Origin: Candidatus Micrarchaeota archaeon
GTDB taxonomy: Archaea; Micrarchaeota; Micrarchaeia; Micrarchaeales; CABMGC01
NCBI GenBank assembly: GCA_021810455.1
Contig: JAJZIU010000002.1
Location: 1-59,424, forward strand
Length of the DNA stretch: 59,424 bases
Direction of reading: 5' to 3'
Made by a program: the position numbers and the translations under genes. The notes under the pieces were generated by a model. It saw nothing but the letters and a program-made list of their open reading frames with translations, was not told the DNA's origin and made no database searches. Below are positions 9,662-18,204 of this stretch, in pieces. Position 1 is the stretch's first letter. Each line of letters opens with the position of its first letter.

Positions 9662-10510
9662 ATGTCAAAGATAGTTGATGTGTTAAGACTTACAAGAATA
9701 GAACACAGTGTAATGCTAGTAATTGCCGTGGTAGCTGCCGAAATGATCACGAAGGCGCTGCCGAACTGGTACATATTAACACTGAGCATAATAACTCCGA
9801 TTTTCATAAGCATGGCTGCATTTGCAATAAACGATTATTTTGACATTGAAGTAGATAGGGCGAATATGAGAAAGAGACCATTGGTTAAAGGTACCCTCAA
9901 ACCGTCAGATGCATTGCACATTACGGTAGTTGGTATAGTTATAGGAGTAATTTCTAGCGCTTTCATAAACGTGTACTGCCTGGTTATTGCCATCTTATTT
10001 GGATTGCTTTCTGTGCTTTATAGTTATAGACTTAAGAGAATGCTGCTTTGGGGAAATATGTACATAGCGTTCTCCATGTCAATACCTTTTATATTCGGAA
10101 ATTTTGTAGTTAGCAGTAACATAAGCGCAGGGATAGCTTTGGTTTCCATAATGATATTCATTAGCGGAGTAGCGAGGGAAATACATGGAACCATTAGAGA
10201 TGTTAAAGGCGATAGAAAGAGAAACGCACAAACGATGCCGATACGATTTGGCACAGGTTTTTCTGCGGTTGTTGCTCTCATTCTTTATTTCATTGCGATA
10301 CTCATAAGTGCGTACCTAATCGCATTCGTACATCCGTTTAAGTACAATGTAGCATTCATTATTCCGATTTTAATAACTGATATGATTCTGGCATTTGTTT
10401 CGATAGGATATCTTATGAGAAGTAGCAGAGGTTTTTATGACTTATCAAGGAATTTGTCATTAGTGGCAATGGCTGTTGCGCTTTTGGCAATACTAGTGGC
10501 TCCAATTTAG
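9662..10510 (+). CDS. UbiA-family prenyltransferase (DGGGP synthase-like)
   Basis: Polytopic membrane protein with the Asp-rich motif NDYFDIEVDRAN and a second motif region IRDVKGD. Confidence 0.75.
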   Translation: MSKIVDVLRLTRIEHSVMLVIAVVAAEMITKALPNWYILTLSIITPIFISMAAFAINDYFDIEVDRANMRKRPLVKGTLKPSDALHITVVGIVIGVISSAFINVYCLVIAILFGLLSVLYSYRLKRMLLWGNMYIAFSMSIPFIFGNFVVSSNISAGIALVSIMIFISGVAREIHGTIRDVKGDRKRNAQTMPIRFGTGFSAVVALILYFIAILISAYLIAFVHPFKYNVAFIIPILITDMILAFVSIGYLMRSSRGFYDLSRNLSLVAMAVALLAILVAPI

Positions 10511-10933
10511 TTCCTTGCGTAGAAGCTCCACATTTCTGCTCATTTCGGTAGGACTTATCTGTTTTGAGTGTTCTATTCCTTCATACACGCTGTTGTTATC
10601 CGTTTGAAACTTATCTTTTTCGTTACGCGGTATAAAATGGAAGTGCAGATGGGGAACAGTCATGCCGGAATATTCGCCAACCTGTGCAGTAAAATCATAA
10701 GAATCAGCGTTGTACAGTTTGAATATCACTGGTTTTATCGTATTTAATGTATTGAATATATCAACAACTTCGTTTTTTTCTAATGCAGTTATATCCGCAA
10801 CGTGTCTTCTGGGTATTAATAATGAGTGCCCTGGAAGCACGGGTTTTATATCATAAACCGCCATGGTGCTTTCGGTCAAATAAAACGCATTATTCAATAT
10901 ATCTTTATTGCAAAACGGATCAAACTTCATCAT
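10493..10933 (-). CDS. HIT-family (histidine triad) nucleotide hydrolase/transferase
   Basis: Histidine triad VPHLHFHFIPR and PVLPGHSLLIPRRH. The start overlaps the stop of the upstream protease-like gene by 1 nt. Confidence 0.85.
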   Translation of the reverse strand: MMKFDPFCNKDILNNAFYLTESTMAVYDIKPVLPGHSLLIPRRHVADITALEKNEVVDIFNTLNTIKPVIFKLYNADSYDFTAQVGEYSGMTVPHLHFHFIPRNEKDKFQTDNNSVYEGIEHSKQISPTEMSRNVELLRKELNWSH

Positions 10934-12723
10934 TATCTTCGCCTTTGGGGCTTTTTGCCAATTTTTATCAGAATCGCGATGAGCGTGACCAGTATTGCTA
11001 TTATGACTATCGAGATTACAAGCAGTACATAATAGATTTGCGATATGCTTGTCTGAATCCCAGTTATCTCCCGTGTTACGTTCAGAGTGGAATTTGACTG
11101 GCTGATTATTGATGAGTTAAGTATGAGTTTGTTTGCATTGTTGAGATTTTTGGCAAGGACCGATACAGTGTATCCGGAAGACAAATTTGAAAGGTCGTTA
11201 GGTCTTAAGGATGACTCGTAAACATAGAACATTGCTTCGTTTCCGAATTGAGAAGGCCATACTCCAAACGTTGAATTCTTAGCGTTGGATATTGTCATGT
11301 TTTCAATTTCGCCTACAGTGTAGTTTGACATCAGATCGGGATTGTTCAGAACAGCAGCGTATATCGAACCGTACAACGCAGTACCATAATTGCTGTCATT
11401 ATAACTCTCCATTGCAGTTGAAAGATAGATATTGTTCCCGTAATTCTTTGCGATATTTATGTAGTTAAGCGCAGCGTATTTGACTTGTGGAGATAATTGT
11501 ATGTCTTGACCGCCCATCTGTGATGCAATAGAGTACATTTCGTTTGCGGCACCGCACCATTCTTGAGATGCAGAAGCAACGGATAACCCGTTCAGTATCT
11601 GATCGGTAGTTATGTTTGGTGTGTTTAGAGCCTGTATGTCGGATTGTATGTTATACAGTCCCCATTCCTGTCTCAATTGTCCACCTATAACATACTCGTA
11701 ATTGTTATTTGTCATTTGAGGAGGAGTCAAGGATGAACAGTATGTTGAGATGTTGTCAAGGAGTGCTTTAGTAGACCCAAGATTGTAATATTTTGTATTA
11801 GCCAGTACAAACGCATTTTGATATTGAAGGAATGCCAGATCCGCACCGACGTATAGATATCCTTTTTGTGCCATCTCGGCGTATTTGCTTAGCTGCTGAA
11901 GCATCTGTGCTTTTGTAACACCATAGGCGCTGGATATCGAATTTATTTCTAACGCGGTTTGATTTATAGTATAATTTGTAAGTGTGCCGAAATAACTGAC
12001 ATTGCAAATTGTACATGTTATGTTTGCATAAGGAAGATTATCTAGATTGTACGAAGAGGAGATGTTATACTGCAATGGCAGTATTGGATTGCCATTCGCA
12101 TAAGCATACTTTAGAGCTTGAGAAACGTTAGAAATCTCAACAATCGGCATACCTGACTGAGTTTGAGTTATGAAATAAAGAAGGTTATAAAAACTTCCGG
12201 GAGGGACTGCTGGTACCAATGCGTACTTCATACCCGAGGCCTTAGCAGCCTGCATTTTATCGTAAACGCCACCGATTTCCCCTATATCTCCATTGCTATT
12301 TATTGTACCTGTAACGGTAAAGTCGTTGTATAGTTGCTTGTGTTCTATGCCTGATATTGCAAGTAATGTGAATGCAAGTCCAGCACTTGGGCCGGATACG
12401 CTAACATTAGGGTCGTTTATGTAATAGGAAAAATTATAGTTGCTTGAGTTTATGCCAGTATAAGCTGCAGCGTACGTTACTGCAGACATTGCAGATTGTT
12501 GAGTACTTTGGCCAACAGAATAGGGACCGCTTACCGTAACGTGACCCGAACCAGGAGTTATATTGAGGCTTATTAATGTTAGCGCACCGGTATTTTGAGT
12601 TATTAGAACAGCCGGTGCATGTATTGAAGTGACATACGAGTGCACACTGAATAATGCAAACATTGTTGACAATACGAATATCTTCGTTGAAATTTCCATA
12701 TTTGTAAGATTAGAATAAAACAT
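10933..12723 (-). CDS. Extracellular, membrane-anchored Lon-like (S16) serine peptidase domain protein
   Basis: N-terminal signal/TM. Lon proteolytic-domain pattern VSGPSAGLAFTLLAISG...TGTINSNGDIGEIGGVYDKMQAAKASGMKYALVP. Large Asn/Ser/Thr-rich region with many N-x-S/T sequons, and a C-terminal TM plus basic tail. Confidence 0.6.
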   Translation of the reverse strand: MFYSNLTNMEISTKIFVLSTMFALFSVHSYVTSIHAPAVLITQNTGALTLISLNITPGSGHVTVSGPYSVGQSTQQSAMSAVTYAAAYTGINSSNYNFSYYINDPNVSVSGPSAGLAFTLLAISGIEHKQLYNDFTVTGTINSNGDIGEIGGVYDKMQAAKASGMKYALVPAVPPGSFYNLLYFITQTQSGMPIVEISNVSQALKYAYANGNPILPLQYNISSSYNLDNLPYANITCTICNVSYFGTLTNYTINQTALEINSISSAYGVTKAQMLQQLSKYAEMAQKGYLYVGADLAFLQYQNAFVLANTKYYNLGSTKALLDNISTYCSSLTPPQMTNNNYEYVIGGQLRQEWGLYNIQSDIQALNTPNITTDQILNGLSVASASQEWCGAANEMYSIASQMGGQDIQLSPQVKYAALNYINIAKNYGNNIYLSTAMESYNDSNYGTALYGSIYAAVLNNPDLMSNYTVGEIENMTISNAKNSTFGVWPSQFGNEAMFYVYESSLRPNDLSNLSSGYTVSVLAKNLNNANKLILNSSIISQSNSTLNVTREITGIQTSISQIYYVLLVISIVIIAILVTLIAILIKIGKKPQRRR

Positions 12724-13137
12724 TTAAATTGATTGTGCCGACTCATCAGATTTGGAGGTCTGCGCATTATACCGTGGTTCTTTGACACAGCGAGCTAAAA
12801 ATACCAAAGAAACCTTTGGTAATGATTTTATAGAAAAATGAAAGGTTTGTTGGATGAAAGAGAAACACAGGCGACTATATGTATGCATAATGCTTATAAT
12901 GGCATTCGTATTATCTAAAATGAGACGATGGTAACGGACTGCGTGTCAGAGGACAGAGGAAAGTCACACTTATGGAGGGAAGTAAAACCCCAACAATAGG
13001 CATTATTCAACTATATGAGAACCGATAACACATTATTTGAAGTTGCGGTGATTGCATGAATGCAGATGAAGCCCATACTATTTGCGTTTGGAAGGATGTT
13101 ACACAATAGATGAAATAATTTATCAAGAGGATTATTT

Positions 13138-13872
13138 ATGGAGGGTTATGGAGTTTTTGAATTGAGAGACGTGCCTACAAAGTATGGGAATGTGCACGTG
13201 TCACGCAGGCGAGGAGAAGGTAAAAAACTTTTACTTATACATGGTCTGGCTTCAAGCATGAAAACCTGGTCAAGATTTGTAGGATTCATGCCAAAAAACA
13301 CGGATTTGTGCATGATAGACTTGTTGGGACATGGTTTGTCAGATTCACCGCGCATGGATTACACGCTGGATACACAATTGTATATACTGAAAAAGGTAAT
13401 AGAAACAGAGGAGTTTGATAACGCCTACTTGATGGGACATTCTTATGGAGGATGGATAGCAACAGCTTATGCGATGAGTAATAGCGTTAATGGATTGATA
13501 CTTGAAGATGCTGCTGGGCTCAAGGAATTTTATGATAATGTTAGAGGTACTGAAGAAAGAGAAGCGTTGAAAAAGAAGATGTTGCATACGGCACTCGAAC
13601 TAGGAGCAAAGGAACACGTTATAAAAAGCATTCTTGATGATGAATTTAGGGACGGGCAACTGACTGAAGATGATTTTTCAAGGATAAAAACCCACGCATT
13701 GATAATATGGGGTGAAAACGACCAGGTCATAGATCCTGCGTTTGCGCAGATATTCCATGATAGAATGGAAGGAAGCGAAGTAGTGATAATAAAAGGTTCA
13801 AAACACACCCCACATTTTACCAACCCAGAAGATGTTGCAAGGGAAGTGGAAAGATTTATTTCGAAAACATAG
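13138..13872 (+). CDS. Alpha/beta-fold hydrolase
   Basis: LLLIHGLASS, nucleophile elbow MGHSYGG, and a C-terminal GSKHTPH. Confidence 0.8.
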   Translation: MEGYGVFELRDVPTKYGNVHVSRRRGEGKKLLLIHGLASSMKTWSRFVGFMPKNTDLCMIDLLGHGLSDSPRMDYTLDTQLYILKKVIETEEFDNAYLMGHSYGGWIATAYAMSNSVNGLILEDAAGLKEFYDNVRGTEEREALKKKMLHTALELGAKEHVIKSILDDEFRDGQLTEDDFSRIKTHALIIWGENDQVIDPAFAQIFHDRMEGSEVVIIKGSKHTPHFTNPEDVAREVERFISKT

Positions 13873-14932
13873 TCAGCAGAGATTCTGCAACGTTTCCAGC
13901 TATACTTTGATAAGCCTCGCACGCGGTCCAGTTGGATGGTTCATTTCCACTTTTTATTTCTTTTCGTATTTCCTTAGCTGTTTGATTGTACCACATTTTT
14001 TTCAGGTAAAAATCGGATTCTCTTATATTTCCTATTTTTTTATCCCACATTATGGAAGGATATACGTTTCCAAAACTATCCATGAAAAGTGATGCATCAA
14101 GACTCCTGCTTTTTATCTGAGGTTTGCCGGTCAAGACATAATCCACAAGCCTTTTTAGGAATACGGTTTCTATGATCGGTATGGCTCCGAACTCGAATTT
14201 TCTATTCTTTATCAGGGTTTTTATTTCTTCGGCGACGATGTCCTTGTTTATCGATAGTGTCATCGATTCGTTCCTATAGTAAGAACCAGATATCTGCCCT
14301 ATGTTAAAATGAAAATCGTTATATCTGATGTTAGGAATTAGTTTTTTGACCTCTGAATAAGTAGTGCTGAAGGATCCTTGATTGAATGGACTTACAGTGT
14401 ATCCGAAAACAAAGAAAAGATTTTTGTACTGCTTGCTGAGTTCTTGAAGGTCTTTGAACATGCTTACTGCTTTTTCAAAGTTTCCAGGGATTCCCCTTAT
14501 TTTATCATGAAGTTCTTTGTATCCATCGAGGCTTACGGTAATGGAAAGTTTAGGTATTCCTATATCAAGCATTTCTTTTATTTTTCCAAGAACCATTTCC
14601 CTGTTGCATAATGAGTTGGTCGGCATGGTTACAAGATAGAGATCTTTGTTGTTTTTATGAAAGGTTCGCACTATATCAACGATGTCGCTTCGGAGGAACG
14701 GTTCTCCCCCGGTTATTTCTATCCACTTGAAGAAATTATTTTTTGAAGCAAAATTTTTAATTTCATCCAGAGTTAGTTCTCCCTTAGGACGAATATCCCA
14801 TATATTGCAGGTCAAACATCTGGATTGGCACCAGTAGGTAATCGCAAATGTCAACTTGTATGGATTTTTAAGTTCGGAGAAGTTGTTCCTGAGTGCTGTC
14901 AGCCCCAAACTGGTTAATTGGTTTACTGCCAT
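13856..14932 (-). CDS. Radical SAM protein
   Basis: CQSRCLTCNIW (CxxxCxxC) cluster motif and ITGGEPFL. The 3' end overlaps the convergent hydrolase gene by 17 nt. Confidence 0.8.
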   Translation of the reverse strand: MAVNQLTSLGLTALRNNFSELKNPYKLTFAITYWCQSRCLTCNIWDIRPKGELTLDEIKNFASKNNFFKWIEITGGEPFLRSDIVDIVRTFHKNNKDLYLVTMPTNSLCNREMVLGKIKEMLDIGIPKLSITVSLDGYKELHDKIRGIPGNFEKAVSMFKDLQELSKQYKNLFFVFGYTVSPFNQGSFSTTYSEVKKLIPNIRYNDFHFNIGQISGSYYRNESMTLSINKDIVAEEIKTLIKNRKFEFGAIPIIETVFLKRLVDYVLTGKPQIKSRSLDASLFMDSFGNVYPSIMWDKKIGNIRESDFYLKKMWYNQTAKEIRKEIKSGNEPSNWTACEAYQSIAGNVAESLLTMFSK

Positions 14933-14975
14933 CTAATCCAATCTTATTATAAATGTTCTCAGATATTTAAGAGTT

Positions 14976-15653
14976 ATGTTAAAAGGGAAACGCGTTTCCA
15001 TAGTCATACCGACGTTAGATGAAGGCAAGAATATAGCAAAGGTGATAAAAGGCGTCAATGAAGTACTTGAAGGCATCGATCACGAAATACTGATAGTTGA
15101 CGGCATGTCTACCGATTCAACAGTAAGCATCGCAAAACGATTAGGAGCAAGAGTGATTTTTGATTCTGTTGGAAAAGGCCACGCGTTAAGAGAGGGTTTG
15201 GCAAAAGCACATGGAGACATATTGGTATCGATGGATGCGGATCTTTCAAACGAGCCTAAAGAACTCAGATTGCTCATAGACAGCATAGACATTGGTTACG
15301 ACATATGCATGGGATCACGATTCATAACTGGAGGAGGCACAGAGGACATGCCTGCAATAAGGAAATTTGGAAACAAACTGTTCGTAACACTAGTTAATCT
15401 GATATTCGGTTCACATTATAGCGATATGTGTTACGGATATAGGAGCTTCAGGAAAAGCGCATTTAAAAAACTCGACCTGAAGGAGAATGGATTCGGTATA
15501 GAAACCGAGATAAACATAAACGCTGCAAAGAAAAGACTTAAAGTGATAGAGATACCCAGCAATGAGAAAAAAAGAGTTGCCGGAGAAGCGAAACTAAGGA
15601 CGTTCAAGGATGGAGCCACAATATTAAAAACAATAATCAAGAATGTGGGTTAG
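14976..15653 (+). CDS. Family 2 glycosyltransferase (dolichol-phosphate sugar synthase-like)
   Basis: VSIVIPTLDEGKNI, VDGMSTDST and SMDADLS (DxD) motifs. Confidence 0.85.
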   Translation: MLKGKRVSIVIPTLDEGKNIAKVIKGVNEVLEGIDHEILIVDGMSTDSTVSIAKRLGARVIFDSVGKGHALREGLAKAHGDILVSMDADLSNEPKELRLLIDSIDIGYDICMGSRFITGGGTEDMPAIRKFGNKLFVTLVNLIFGSHYSDMCYGYRSFRKSAFKKLDLKENGFGIETEININAAKKRLKVIEIPSNEKKRVAGEAKLRTFKDGATILKTIIKNVG

Positions 15654-16867
15654 TCTTCGAATAGTTTGTACAGTATTTTTGTATCGGCAACCATGTTGTC
15701 TATAATCGCATATTCGTTTGGTTGATGTGCCACGTCATCAACAGTACTCCACGCCACAGCATCCATCCCATTCTGTCTTAGAAATGAAGCGCATGTGCCA
15801 CCACCAATACCAACTTTTATAGGAGCACTTCCCATCGTTTCGGTTATTACTTTTGACAATAGTAAAACTAATTCAGAATCTATTGGGGTTCTGGTTGGTT
15901 TATTGTGAAGTATAGTTTCAATATCTATTTTGGTGTTTTTGGATTCTGAAGCTTCTGCTATTTTTCTAATTTCATGGGCTATTTTATCGAGATCATATCC
16001 AGGTAATATCCTACAATCCATATACGATACATCAGTTCCAGGGGCTATGTTTATGCTGTCGGTGTTTTTTTCATGTTTTGTCATCTCAAACGTGGACACA
16101 TTCGGATCAAACATCTCATCTTTCATGGAATATTTTTCATGAAGATGCTTATCTATTTCGTTTAGCAAGATTATGGCTTTTCTGAATGCGTTTTCCCCTA
16201 GTTCAGGAGTGCTCGCATGTACCTGCTTTCCGTGCACCGTTATTTTCAACCATAACATGCCTTTTTCTGCCACCTCTATTTGATTTCCTTTAGGGCTGCC
16301 GAAATCAGGAACAAGGAATAGATCGTTCTTTTTGAATACCCCTTCTTCGATAAGTTTGCGTATTCCATAAACGCTACCAACCTCTTCATCAGCAACCAAT
16401 GCCAAACCAAAATTATATTTGGATTTTAGCCTTAAATCTTTTGCAAGTTTCAGTGCATACATGGATGATACAACAGCTTGTCCGTTGTCGCATGAGCCCC
16501 TGCCATAAACCTTCCCGTTTTTAACTACAGCAGTGAATGGGTCTGTTCCCCATAATGACATATCTCCTTCGGATACAGTATCTATGTGGGGTATTAGCCA
16601 TAATGTCCTATCCGATACCCCTGATTTAACAACAATGTTTGAACGCAAAAAACCAGAACCATCATCATAATCGTATCTTTTTGTTTTGAATCCCCATTCT
16701 TTAAGGGTTTTTTCCAGGAAATCGGCTCTTTTCGATTCTCCCGTTCCTCCGGAAACCGGAGATACGGATTTTATGCTTATCATTGTGGATAATGTATACA
16801 CCATGTCTTTTCTGTAGGAATCGATCATTTCTTCAGATCTAGAAATATTTTTCACCTTAAAAACCAA
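15650..16867 (-). CDS. M20-family metallopeptidase (ArgE/DapE/ACY1-like deacylase)
   Basis: LIPHIDTV, GRGSCDNGQ, LVADEEVGS, and a C-terminal HQPNEY. Confidence 0.85.
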   Translation of the reverse strand: MVFKVKNISRSEEMIDSYRKDMVYTLSTMISIKSVSPVSGGTGESKRADFLEKTLKEWGFKTKRYDYDDGSGFLRSNIVVKSGVSDRTLWLIPHIDTVSEGDMSLWGTDPFTAVVKNGKVYGRGSCDNGQAVVSSMYALKLAKDLRLKSKYNFGLALVADEEVGSVYGIRKLIEEGVFKKNDLFLVPDFGSPKGNQIEVAEKGMLWLKITVHGKQVHASTPELGENAFRKAIILLNEIDKHLHEKYSMKDEMFDPNVSTFEMTKHEKNTDSINIAPGTDVSYMDCRILPGYDLDKIAHEIRKIAEASESKNTKIDIETILHNKPTRTPIDSELVLLLSKVITETMGSAPIKVGIGGGTCASFLRQNGMDAVAWSTVDDVAHQPNEYAIIDNMVADTKILYKLFED

Positions 16868-16953
16868 TTTACAAATTAATGTTTATTTTTATAGATTTTT
16901 TGTATTGTGCCCAGTATGACTATTATATAAATACGATTACACTACACTTAAAT

Positions 16954-18204
16954 ATGCTAAAATTTGAGAAACAAATAAACGACAATGTACACGGATATAT
17001 AGGCCTAACTTCTGATGAGATAAAAGTAATAGATACAAAAATATTCCAACGGTTAAGGAACATAAAGCAGCTAGGAACAGCAGATCTGGTCTATCCGGGA
17101 GCCACACACACCAGATTTGCGCACTGTCTCGGTACAATGTTCGTACTGGATCAATTCGCAAAGAATACAGTACGTGAAGAGATAGACGATGACGAATTAC
17201 AAAAGTTAAGACTTGCGGCTTTAATGCACGACATAGGGCACTATCCGTTTTCACACGCTTTAGAGCATACAATAGTTAGAGAACTCGAAGGCAAAAATCA
17301 TGTTGAGTTTGGCATGAGTTTAATAAAAAGATTTATGTCAGACAAACTTGAAAGATTCAGTATTAATGAAATAATAGGCATAATGTCTGGGAAAAGAAAG
17401 GATGCTTTCGGCATGCTTATGTCATCAGCCCTTGATGCAGACAAAGCAGATTATATGCTGAGAGATTCATACAACGCAGGGGTTCCTTACGGACACATAG
17501 ACCTGTCTAGTCTGATGCGAATACTTACTTTCGAAAAAAATAGGATAGTTTTTGAAAAAGACGAAACGCCAGTGGAGAGTTTCTTGTTGGGCAGATATCA
17601 CTTGTACAGATCTGTGATTCACCATAAAGTTGTCGTGTCTTTTGGATTGATGCTTCAGAAAATATTCGAACTTCTAGTAAACGAGAATTACATAGAAGAC
17701 CCTAAATCGATCGTAAAGGAAAGTGAAGAAAAGATATCGGGATACACGGACGGTTTGGTGTACATGGCCATGCACGAGTACATACGCAGCGGAAAAAATC
17801 CACTCACTAGGGAATTGATCTTAATGTTTTTGGAGAGAAGGCCATTAGAATTGGCTTATGGGACTGCAGTAACGGCAAATACCGGAGAACCAGAGGAGTA
17901 TTCCTCCATAAAAAGAATGGAATCGAATAAGAGTGCCAAGAAGGTATTCTCCGAGAAAGCGAATGTGGAAAAAGAGTGGGTATTCCCAGTAGTGCTCAGG
18001 ACATTGGGATTGATAGATGAGGAAACGGAGATATACATAAGAAGAGGCAAGGACACAATCCGTTTGATCGATTCCAACGCGTTGGTTATGAAAATGATAG
18101 GAAAAAGAGTTCTGTTTGACGCGAGAATTTATACCAAACCAGGTAGTGGCAAAAAAATTTCAAAAGAATTTAGAAAGGAAAGAGGTTATGTGCATGTACA
18201 TTAG
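16954..18204 (+). CDS. HD-domain phosphohydrolase, SAMHD1/dGTPase-like
   Basis: FQRLRNIKQLG, HTRFAHCLGT, AALMHDIGHYPFSH, DADKADYMLRDSYNAGV. The start is taken at MLKFEKQ (ATG 16954). Confidence 0.8.
   Translation: MLKFEKQINDNVHGYIGLTSDEIKVIDTKIFQRLRNIKQLGTADLVYPGATHTRFAHCLGTMFVLDQFAKNTVREEIDDDELQKLRLAALMHDIGHYPFSHALEHTIVRELEGKNHVEFGMSLIKRFMSDKLERFSINEIIGIMSGKRKDAFGMLMSSALDADKADYMLRDSYNAGVPYGHIDLSSLMRILTFEKNRIVFEKDETPVESFLLGRYHLYRSVIHHKVVVSFGLMLQKIFELLVNENYIEDPKSIVKESEEKISGYTDGLVYMAMHEYIRSGKNPLTRELILMFLERRPLELAYGTAVTANTGEPEEYSSIKRMESNKSAKKVFSEKANVEKEWVFPVVLRTLGLIDEETEIYIRRGKDTIRLIDSNALVMKMIGKRVLFDARIYTKPGSGKKISKEFRKERGYVHVH

Noticed and set aside
18116-18187. N-terminal 24-aa extension of ArgRS from the ORF-track start.
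   Set aside because: It would overlap 89 nt of the HD gene. The ATGs at 18188/18194 give a normal ArgRS N-terminus.
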